Shown: positions 56,728 to 64,000 of the stretch, piece by piece | Position numbering within the stretch: the stretch's first letter is position 1 | Layout of the letters: the number at the start of each line of letters is the position of its first letter | From: Candidatus Micrarchaeota archaeon | GTDB taxonomy: Archaea > Micrarchaeota > Micrarchaeia > Micrarchaeales > CABMGC01 | Assembly: GCA_021852055.1 (NCBI GenBank) | Contig: JAJZOD010000010.1 | Location: 50,770 to 114,769 of the forward strand | Length of the DNA: 64,000 bases | Reading direction: 5' to 3' | Notes under the pieces: generated by a model | Databases searched by the model: none | Told to the model about the DNA's origin: nothing | What the model saw: only the letters and a program-made list of their open reading frames with translations | Translations under genes and position numbers: made by a program

Positions 56728-56928
56728 TTACTGCATAAAGCAGGTTTGCGCTTGTTTCCATGTTTCCATTATAGCGACATGCCATCCTTTGCCTTTTGCA
56801 TATTCTTTATATTTGTCGAGCAGCAGCGCTGCCTGCCCTGATTTCTTGTTTCCTGAAGAATATAAAAAATAGACTGACTGCTTATATTTCAGCTGTATGC
56901 ATCACTTTTCAGTTGCCTTCCGATGCAT
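56728..56928 (-). pseudogene. Small ORF interrupted by an in-frame TGA at codon 9
   Basis: The minus strand reads MHRKATEK-TGA-CIQLKYKQSVYFLYSSGNKKSGQAALLLDKYKEYAKGKGWHVAIMETWKQAQTCFMQ*. The protein-like composition continues after the stop (56902-56904). Confidence 0.3.
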
Positions 56929-56993
56929 GCTGTCAGTAAAAAGACTTATTAAGCTTTATGCAGTGAGTATAAATGCAACAGTGGGTGTACCAA

Positions 56994-57758
56994 ATGGAAA
57001 GGGTAAAGACCGGAATACCGGGGTTTGATGATCTTATAGAGGGCGGGATACCGAAGGGCTTTAATGTTCTGATTACCGGTACACCAGGTACCGGCAAGAC
57101 AATATTTGCATTGCAGTATTTATACAGCGGCGCAATGAAAGGCGAAAACGGGCTTCTTGTAACACTAGACAGCAAACGCCAGGAGCTGATAGAACAGGCG
57201 CAGTGCTTTGGCTGGGATCTTGAGTCATTGCATAAGCAGGATAAGCTGTCAATTTTAGAGGTTCCGATGGACAAGGTTGAGATGGACCTATTTTCTATGA
57301 TAGAAGACGAAGTGCAGCGGATAGACGCAAAACGCCTGGTCTTCGACAATCTGATGAACTTCGCAATAAACATAGACCAATTCAAGGTTCCGGTGTCGTT
57401 CATAATCGGCAATCCAGAAGTGGCATCAGTCATGGGCAATGAGAAGATGTACTACACAGGCAAGTCAGAGAAAAGGATAACGTATCTTCTTATAAACGAG
57501 CTCTCCAGATTGAATACTACGAATATAATGATTACATCGGCTCCGGAAGGCGAAGAAGCACAGCTTACGTCGGATCAAGTGAGCGAGTTCGCTGCTGATG
57601 GAGTAATTGTAATGTACAACCAGCTAGTCGGCGCAAGACATGCAAAAACCATGACAATACTCAAAATGAGGAAAACTAACAACAGCCCGTATATACACGA
57701 TGTTGAGCTTGGGAAGGATGGTGTTATAATAAGACCTGCGCAAGCGGTGTATGAGTAG
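56994..57758 (+). CDS. KaiC/RecA-superfamily single-domain ATPase (archaeal KaiC-like)
   Basis: GIPGFDDLIEGGIPKG, Walker A GTPGTGKT, Walker B LVFDNL. The TATA box GTATAAATG ends about 20 nt before ATG 56994, so the ORF start at 56973 lies in the promoter. Confidence 0.85.
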   Translation: MERVKTGIPGFDDLIEGGIPKGFNVLITGTPGTGKTIFALQYLYSGAMKGENGLLVTLDSKRQELIEQAQCFGWDLESLHKQDKLSILEVPMDKVEMDLFSMIEDEVQRIDAKRLVFDNLMNFAINIDQFKVPVSFIIGNPEVASVMGNEKMYYTGKSEKRITYLLINELSRLNTTNIMITSAPEGEEAQLTSDQVSEFAADGVIVMYNQLVGARHAKTMTILKMRKTNNSPYIHDVELGKDGVIIRPAQAVYE

Positions 57759-57767
57759 TGTATAAAG

Positions 57768-58331
57768 ATGAGCTTCCTTGAAAAGTTAATGCTTTCGAAA
57801 CAGATAAAATTTGAGGATGGACAAACAGAAATATTAAAACAACGAGTTATTTTTGTTCCAAGCGATTTTTTGGGTGAATACACATTCGAAATTTTAAGAG
57901 AGCCGGAGTTAGTTAAATTGATTTACTTTACATTAAAACAAGGGGTAAATAATTTTGGAGAGCAAATAATGAGAACATACGGAAGTACTATAACTGACTA
58001 CTCAAAATTGCTTAGAGATTTATCAGATTTAGCAGGATGGGGTAAAACTACCTATGAATCATTAAATATAGAGCAAGGTAGTGCTACGCTGATTATAGAA
58101 AATTCACCAGTAAGTTCTTACTTAAAAGGTAGAGTTAACTTACCCTGTGACCATATTAGTCGCGGTGTGATTGCTGGTATTGCATCAATTGCACTTAAAA
58201 AGGATTTAGATGTCTTAGAAATAGAATGCATTGCTACCGGTAATAAGGCATGTAAAATGGTTCTAGACTCTAAAGACAAGTTAAAGTCTAATTTTCCAAG
58301 GTTTTATAAAATGCAATTTGGTTCAGAATAA
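57768..58331 (+). CDS. Stand-alone XylR_N-like + V4R (4-vinyl-reductase) small-molecule-binding domain protein, paralog 1
   Basis: C-terminal PCDHISRGVIAGIASIALKKDLDVLEIECIATGNKACKMVLD has the V4R C-x-H...G...G...E-C...G...C pattern. The N-terminus resembles the XylR/DmpR A-domain. Confidence 0.7.
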   Translation: MSFLEKLMLSKQIKFEDGQTEILKQRVIFVPSDFLGEYTFEILREPELVKLIYFTLKQGVNNFGEQIMRTYGSTITDYSKLLRDLSDLAGWGKTTYESLNIEQGSATLIIENSPVSSYLKGRVNLPCDHISRGVIAGIASIALKKDLDVLEIECIATGNKACKMVLDSKDKLKSNFPRFYKMQFGSE

Positions 58332-58350
58332 TAGTTAATAGTGTGGAATA

Positions 58351-58926
58351 ATGTCGTTTTTTGAAAAATTATTGTTATCTAAACAACTATCTTTTAATTT
58401 AGGTGACATAGAATTATTAGACCAGAGATTAGTTATAGTATCTTCAGAAGCATTTGCAAATTATATATATTCCATAAACGATAGCAACGAGTTAGCAGTA
58501 AGTAATTTATATCAAATAGCTAAAAAGGCAATGATACAACTCGGTATAAATATAGGTAAAAAATATTCTTTTTCATTTGGAGACTACTCGACATGGTTTG
58601 TAGAAATTGCAAGACTTAATGGTTGGGGAAAGGCCAAATGGGAGTTATTAGATAAAAAGAACTTTAAAGGAATTATATCAATTGAAGATTCTCCTATAAG
58701 TACTGCTTTAAAAAACAAAGTAAAAAACCCATGTGATCATATAATAAGAGGATTGATTGCCGGTGGTGCTACGAGTTCATTCAAAATGGATGTAGAAGTC
58801 ATAGAAACAGAATGTATTGCACAAGGAAAAGAAAAATGCATTTTTGTAATAGACACTGATAGCAATCTAAAATCACAATTTCCTGACTTATATACGAAGC
58901 AGTTAGTATACAGAAGATTAGGTTAG
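58351..58926 (+). CDS. Stand-alone XylR_N-like + V4R domain protein, paralog 2
   Basis: MSFFEKLLLSKQLSF parallels MSFLEKLMLSKQIKF of paralog 1, and PCDHIIRGLIAGGATSSFKMDVEVIETECIAQGKEKCIFVID is the V4R motif. Confidence 0.7.
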   Translation: MSFFEKLLLSKQLSFNLGDIELLDQRLVIVSSEAFANYIYSINDSNELAVSNLYQIAKKAMIQLGINIGKKYSFSFGDYSTWFVEIARLNGWGKAKWELLDKKNFKGIISIEDSPISTALKNKVKNPCDHIIRGLIAGGATSSFKMDVEVIETECIAQGKEKCIFVIDTDSNLKSQFPDLYTKQLVYRRLG

Positions 58927-58934
58927 TTGATTGA

Positions 58935-59510
58935 ATGGTTAACCCCAAATTATTGGCATCCTCAACAGCAGATTTATGGGAAACATTCGATAACCGTGAG
59001 TTTGGTAGGTTTAGGTCCATAGCCACTCAGATGTTCCGTGAATTAGGATACAAAAACTCAAGCAAGAAAATTAGCTTTTACTTAATGAAAGCGTGTATCT
59101 ATTATGCTGAAATGGAAGACAAATTTGAAAGTAAAGATATTTTGGATAAGTACAAAATAATCAAAAAGTACAAGAGACGTATTATTATAGCACTAAACGG
59201 TGCATTCAAGTCTGCTAATTTTAAAAATTCAGAACTTACTGCAACATACCGTACTGGTTGGTGGTTGAACTTCTTCAAGGAGCACATAAATGGCAATAAA
59301 ATTTATTATATTCCAAGCTTATGGTACTTGTTTTTAGAGCATTATAATCGGTCTAATAGATTACTGCCATCTATAAAATCTGTATTAACTTTATATATGG
59401 CAACTACTAAAGGGCATAATAAAAGAAATCGGAAGGAGCTTATTAAGAGATTAACTGAATATTGGAAAATTGAATTAAATTATAATAAGGAATTATTTGT
59501 GATTGAATGA
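58935..59510 (+). CDS. Hypothetical basic helical protein (ORFan)
   Basis: 191-aa ORF, 8 bp after V4R paralog 2. K/R/Y/W-rich. No motif recognised. Confidence 0.45.
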   Translation: MVNPKLLASSTADLWETFDNREFGRFRSIATQMFRELGYKNSSKKISFYLMKACIYYAEMEDKFESKDILDKYKIIKKYKRRIIIALNGAFKSANFKNSELTATYRTGWWLNFFKEHINGNKIYYIPSLWYLFLEHYNRSNRLLPSIKSVLTLYMATTKGHNKRNRKELIKRLTEYWKIELNYNKELFVIE

Positions 59511-59551
59511 TATATTTTGGTATTTAAATTCGAGTATTTTTGGGTATAACA

Positions 59552-60256
59552 ATGGCAACAATCAGACATCTTGGCATAATAATAGACGGAAATAGGCGAT
59601 TTGCAAAGAAAACTGCCCTACCATACAATCAAGTTTACAAATTAGGAGCACAGAAAGTGTACGAGGTAGTGCGTTATGTGTTTACAAAGACAGATATTCC
59701 AGAGTTAAGTATCTACGCCTTGTCTTATGACAATCTCCTCAGAAAATCAAAGGAACTCGACGCAATATTAAAATCACAAAAAGAGGAGTTCGATAGGTGG
59801 ATAGATGATAGTTTCTTCGAGAAGTACGACATAAAAATCAGATTTATAGGCGAGTTGAATTTACTACCTATAGGCGTTGTAAAAAGCTGCATTGCATTGA
59901 TGGAAAAAACATCAAACAATAAGGGGAAAACACTTAATCTGCTTATGGCTTATTTTGGAAGTAGAGAAATAGTCCTTGCTGTAGAAAGGATACTTAAACA
60001 TAAGAATATTTTTGCAAACGGCAATGGGAAAAACATAGATGTTCAGGATCTTATACAACAAAACCTTTCAATAAAGGAACCGGTTGATTTGATAATACGT
60101 ACTGGCGGAGGGGCAAGGTTGTCTGGATTTTTGCCTTGGCAGTCTGAGTATGCAGAGCTATGCACTATAAAGAAGCTCTGGCCTGAAATAGAAACAAAGG
60201 ATATTCAAGAGACAATTGAGCATTATAATGCTGTCGAAATGAAAAGGGGAAAATGA
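59552..60256 (+). CDS. Divergent cis-prenyltransferase (UppS-family) protein
   Basis: IIIDGNRRFAKK and DLIIRTGGGARLSGFLPWQSEYAEL match the UppS framework, but several canonical residues differ. A TATTTAAATT box at 59521-59530 precedes ATG 59552. Confidence 0.7.
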   Translation: MATIRHLGIIIDGNRRFAKKTALPYNQVYKLGAQKVYEVVRYVFTKTDIPELSIYALSYDNLLRKSKELDAILKSQKEEFDRWIDDSFFEKYDIKIRFIGELNLLPIGVVKSCIALMEKTSNNKGKTLNLLMAYFGSREIVLAVERILKHKNIFANGNGKNIDVQDLIQQNLSIKEPVDLIIRTGGGARLSGFLPWQSEYAELCTIKKLWPEIETKDIQETIEHYNAVEMKRGK

Positions 60257-60257
60257 A

Positions 60258-61376
60258 TTAGGTCACGATTTCCAATTCAATTTCTACGTCAAATACATTA
60301 TTAGCCATATCAGATGATACAGCCTTTGCTTTGTATCTGTGCTCAGAGTTTCCGCTGAGAAATCCCTCTACGGCACCTCTAAGAATTGGAAAGCTTGTGT
60401 ACTCCGTTGCTTTTGGGTACCATGGGTAACCATTAAAAAGTATTGTAGTCTTATTTGCTACGCCTTCTTTTACTTCTACCAATCCAAATCCAAACGCACT
60501 GAATAACTCTGCCAGGTTTTTCAACGGATTTTGATATTTCTTATAATGAGAACCTATATTATGAAATGGCAAGTATGCTGCATTGTGCACTGTTTCTTTG
60601 TCAAATGTTTCTTCTATGTCAAACAATAATGATATCTCTACGATTATTACCCTTTCTCTGGATTCTTTCACAGAGATTATTCCAGGTTTGTACTCTAATG
60701 TTCCTTCTTTAAGAAGTTCGCCGAAACTTTTTAACGCTTCTGATCTGGTCTCCTGCGGAAAATTATTTTGCATGTAGCTGCTGAAATCTATCCTTTGAGG
60801 AATTTCATTTTCAGTAAAATGCTTTATGCTGCGCTGCTTTAAAATTTCAGGACTGCTTATAGTCAAAACGTACCTGCTACTTGATATTTTTTTAACATTG
60901 CCTTCCAAAAAGTAATCGCTAGTTAATTGGCAACATAGCCCAACAACGCCTCCAACGGTAAGGACATATCCCATACCGTTCTTCGATGTTATTACAAGGT
61001 TTTCGGTTTGTAATTCAAATGTTTTACTGGCAAGATCAACATTTGACAAGGTTATTGTCTTGGCGTATCCTGCGTCTACGAAGAAGTTGAATATTGTGGA
61101 TAGAGTGAGTCTGTTTATATTTCCTCTGGGAAACCTGTTGAACATAGCATAACGATAACCAAATCTTTTGCCTACACGATAAAGTTCTTTTATTCCCTCA
61201 TCATGGCCTTTGTTTTTTACAACTAAGTTTTCTAGCTCTGTAAAAAACAGTTCTGGGATTACTAAATTTCTTACGAAGAAATTCCGACCATCAAGTGAAT
61301 AAAAACCATACGAAATATACCCTTTTTTGTCAAAAATCTTAGCTTTTGACAATGGTGTATTATCTATACTGACCAT
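60258..61376 (-). CDS. Protein with two degenerate V4R-like modules
   Basis: Two halves each show ...ELYRVGKRFGYRY... / ...GMGYVLTVGGVVGLCCQ... and ...FGFGLVEV... / ...ILRGAVEGFLSG... . The Gly pattern resembles V4R, but the Cys/His ligands are missing. Confidence 0.4.
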   Translation of the reverse strand: MVSIDNTPLSKAKIFDKKGYISYGFYSLDGRNFFVRNLVIPELFFTELENLVVKNKGHDEGIKELYRVGKRFGYRYAMFNRFPRGNINRLTLSTIFNFFVDAGYAKTITLSNVDLASKTFELQTENLVITSKNGMGYVLTVGGVVGLCCQLTSDYFLEGNVKKISSSRYVLTISSPEILKQRSIKHFTENEIPQRIDFSSYMQNNFPQETRSEALKSFGELLKEGTLEYKPGIISVKESRERVIIVEISLLFDIEETFDKETVHNAAYLPFHNIGSHYKKYQNPLKNLAELFSAFGFGLVEVKEGVANKTTILFNGYPWYPKATEYTSFPILRGAVEGFLSGNSEHRYKAKAVSSDMANNVFDVEIELEIVT

Positions 61377-61479
61377 TTTCTCAGTTATCTATGCGTGCTT
61401 AAGGATAAATAGCTTCTGGGCAGGCGTACACAAAATTTATTAAATATTGTATATATGCCAGTCCATAAGAAAGAATCAC

Positions 61480-62784
61480 TCACTCCATCTTCCTGTAAAC
61501 CATGCTTCCGCTTATCACATTTGTTATTATCAGCCTTTTTATCCTGCTTCCCTTTACTTTCCTGAGCTCCTCCAATAACTGGTCAAGGTCGTGGCCCGTA
61601 AATACGGGAAGTATAAGCACAAGACGCTGCAGATGCCCCAGTTCACCAACAAGTAGGTATTTATCGACTATCTGATTCTTGTTAGGGGCGTAGATGCAGC
61701 TCTTTATATATTCGTATTCGCTTGAATAGAGCTTGTGATTTGAATCTTCAAGAAATAGAAGTGACAGGTAGCTTGCTGCAGTGTTTTCCATAGAGATAGT
61801 AATTCGCTTTATTATGCCTTTGGCAGTAAGGCGGCTGTATAAATATCTGCTTGAACCCTTTCCAAAACCATGTTCCTTGTCTATGTCAGCAAATGATCTC
61901 CTTCCATCCTCGCTCAGGCTTCTGAGAACCAAAAACTCCCGCTTTGTTATAGGAGGAACTGACCCGCTGTGCTTAGCATCTGTTATAATGTCCTCCAAAA
62001 TTCTGAAAAAGCTTTCGCCAGGCCGCAGCGTACCATACCGCGTTATGAACGCTGTAGTGGTCAGGTGTATATTGTAATTTGGAAATAAGAGCTCACGAAG
62101 CTTATTTGATGGCTCAATGCGCCAAGGTCCTTTGCCAATAGGATACAGTGTGTATATCACTACGTCATAATCGCCATGGGTAATAAATGCAAACTGCACA
62201 TTTTTATAGTTCTTCAGTGTGGAGCGTATCTCCTGCACACTTGGGGCATCACCTTCAAATCTTATAAATATCATGTGCTCATGGAAGCCTAGCTTTTCGG
62301 TATTTAGCTCCGGGATATACCTTATCCTGTGCTTTTCCTCAATATTCTTTATACGCCAATTAAGTGTGCTTGGTTTCATGCTTAGTTTCTTCGATAATTC
62401 ACCTAAGGTTATCCTTGCATTAAGGCTTAGCTGTTTTATTATTTCATCTTCATGCTTACCTGAATAAATGCTGGTATTACGAACGCGGCTGGTCTCTTGC
62501 ATGCTCCTTGTCTTAGTTTTGTGCCTGTGTACCATGCCCTCCAGACTGTTAGTTGCAAGTTCTGCATCGCGTTTTATTCCGGGTATGAAGAGCCCGTCTG
62601 GCGTTATCCTACCTATGTAATTGCTCAGGCTGCGCACCTTTCTGTGCTCCTTGTCCCATACTGTTGTTGCTTCATAAACGTACATGTGACCGTTTATCCT
62701 CTTTAGACTGAGATACCTATCGCTATCCCTCTTGAGTTTCTCGAATGTTTCAAGCACTTTAACTGGTACCGCTTCGCCTGCCAT
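61480..62784 (-). CDS. Large regulator with two Lrp/AsnC-like HTH+RAM modules and a unique N-terminal extension
   Basis: EIIKQLSLNARITLGELSKKLSMKPSTLNWRIKNIEE (HTH 1) and REFLVLRSLSEDGRRSFADIDKEHGFGKGSSRYLYSRLTAKGII (HTH 2). The N-terminal about 100 aa are unassigned. Confidence 0.55.
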   Translation of the reverse strand: MAGEAVPVKVLETFEKLKRDSDRYLSLKRINGHMYVYEATTVWDKEHRKVRSLSNYIGRITPDGLFIPGIKRDAELATNSLEGMVHRHKTKTRSMQETSRVRNTSIYSGKHEDEIIKQLSLNARITLGELSKKLSMKPSTLNWRIKNIEEKHRIRYIPELNTEKLGFHEHMIFIRFEGDAPSVQEIRSTLKNYKNVQFAFITHGDYDVVIYTLYPIGKGPWRIEPSNKLRELLFPNYNIHLTTTAFITRYGTLRPGESFFRILEDIITDAKHSGSVPPITKREFLVLRSLSEDGRRSFADIDKEHGFGKGSSRYLYSRLTAKGIIKRITISMENTAASYLSLLFLEDSNHKLYSSEYEYIKSCIYAPNKNQIVDKYLLVGELGHLQRLVLILPVFTGHDLDQLLEELRKVKGSRIKRLIITNVISGSMVYRKME

Positions 62785-63032
62785 ATGGTTATTATAACTT
62801 ATATATTCTTAATACTTTTTATTGTTAGTCTAATATTGCGTATTATTCTGCAATTTTAACTTCTTAAATAAAAAATAAAACAAATTTTGTATAAGTTATA
62901 TAACCTATATTGAAATTGCACAAATCTTAAAAACAGTCCTTTTTATTCTTATTATAACTACAAATCCCTCTGATTTTTAGAGTACGCCTTTAAATATTAC
63001 CTCGCTGTAAATTAATCCGTCAAACCTGAGCT

Positions 63033-64000
63033 ATGTTGTTATTCATCCCCCCAGATTTGGCTGAGATATTAGGTGATTGCTTGGTACGTGCTGCAGTATT
63101 AGAAAGTCCTGGAATAATAGTAATGAAAGAGTTCGAAAAAACATTACCGCGTGGCAGCATACTTCTAAAAGTTGGCTGCGCTGGAATATGTGGTACAGAC
63201 ACTCACACATATAATAAAAATATTCCGGGAAAGCAATATCCACATATTATGGGACATGAGATAAGTGGCACGATAGAAGCTATAAGTCTGGATTGTAAAG
63301 TCAATTCTTATGATAAACTAAGCGTAGGAGATAATGTAGCTGTAACGCCGGGAGTACCCTGCAAAAAATGTTATTATTGTAAAACATTCCCACACATGGA
63401 GAATTACTGTCCTGATAGATCTACACTCGGTTCTACATTTTCTTGCAAAGAGCCACCTTATTTGCTTGGAGGGTTTGCCGAGCATATAATAATACCTGCA
63501 GGTTTTTGGTTACATAAACTTCCTGAAAATATGTCATTAGAAGTAGGATCTCTTGCTGAGCCACTTGCAGTGGCTGTCAGAGCTGTAGGAAGAACTGCAG
63601 CTCCAGGAATTCCTTATGCACAGATGGGTCTTGGTCCGGGCACATCAATAGTTGTGCAAGGTGCAGGTCCAATTGGCATGTTAGTAGCAATTTGTGCAAA
63701 ATTCAGTGGTGCAAGCGTTACACTTCTTGACAAGATTTCTTATAGGTTAGAACTTGCTAAAGCGTTCGGAATCAAAAATGTTATAGATGTTTCTAAGATA
63801 GAAGCAGATACTCTAATAGAAACAATTAAAGAAATGTTTAATGGCATAGGACCTGACGCCGTGATTGAAGCAACTGGAGAATTGGATGCTGTATCAGTCG
63901 GCATTAAATTGCCTAGGCGCGGTGGTAGGTACGTTGAACTAGGCCATTTTGTTGATGAAGGTAACATTCAAATCAAGCCTAATTATTTATGTCGCAATGA
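63033..64000 (+). CDS. Zinc-dependent medium-chain alcohol/polyol dehydrogenase (partial, runs off the window)
   Basis: Not in the ORF track because there is no stop in the window. GCAGICGTDTH, GHEISG, structural-Zn CKKCYYCK...C, and Rossmann VQGAGPIG. ATG 63033 follows an in-frame TGA at 63027. Confidence 0.8.
   Translation, partial: MLLFIPPDLAEILGDCLVRAAVLESPGIIVMKEFEKTLPRGSILLKVGCAGICGTDTHTYNKNIPGKQYPHIMGHEISGTIEAISLDCKVNSYDKLSVGDNVAVTPGVPCKKCYYCKTFPHMENYCPDRSTLGSTFSCKEPPYLLGGFAEHIIIPAGFWLHKLPENMSLEVGSLAEPLAVAVRAVGRTAAPGIPYAQMGLGPGTSIVVQGAGPIGMLVAICAKFSGASVTLLDKISYRLELAKAFGIKNVIDVSKIEADTLIETIKEMFNGIGPDAVIEATGELDAVSVGIKLPRRGGRYVELGHFVDEGNIQIKPNYLCRN

Noticed and set aside
56902-56904. In-frame TGA read as selenocysteine (it is followed by Cys).
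   Set aside because: No SECIS-like structure was recognised, no Sec-machinery genes are in the window, and the expected thioredoxin-like CxxC position is degenerate. A nonsense mutation in a decaying gene is more parsimonious.

Overview
This looks like an archaeal chromosomal segment. Evidence: TATA/BRE-like boxes about 20-45 nt upstream of starts, several apparently leaderless genes, GGTG/GGAGG ribosome-binding sites inside operons, an archaeal-type LeuRS, NMD3-like and Gar1-like genes, secF-secD, and a Thermoplasma-style E1alpha-E1beta-E2-E3 2-oxoacid dehydrogenase operon. I found no rRNA, tRNA or CRISPR array. The backbone looks mid-40s % G+C by eye (not computed) and carries housekeeping genes: leuS, the OADH complex, NAD kinase, ITPase, CYTH, secFD, a bacterial-type DAHP synthase and a cold-shock protein. 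It also carries several N-glycosylation-sequon-rich surface proteins and a PadR-ABC-CARDB operon. Three visibly AT-richer blocks interrupt it. (1) About 33.2-37.9 kb holds a tight asd-lysC-dapB-dapA operon which, with nearby dapL and lysA-lrp, forms a mosaic DapL-type lysine locus. Two of its promoters share a nearly identical TTCGTA-N7-TACGAA operator plus TATA module. (2) About 43.6-47.4 kb holds paralogous small bitopic membrane proteins, a GNAT, and a vapBC cassette bracketed by 60-bp direct repeats. (3) About 57.8-61.4 kb holds two stand-alone XylR_N/V4R sensor-domain paralogs, an ORFan, a divergent cis-prenyltransferase and a double V4R-like protein, attached directly to a KaiC-like ATPase gene. 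Block 3 is my best candidate for an undescribed ligand-sensing or signalling system. Other accessory items are a truncated TnpB relic, an AbiE-like HTH/nucleotidyltransferase pair, an orphan receiver-domain gene behind secFD-nmd3, a four-gene ORFan operon, three GNATs and several gene remnants. All functional calls rest on motif recognition by eye in the supplied translations. No database search was run.
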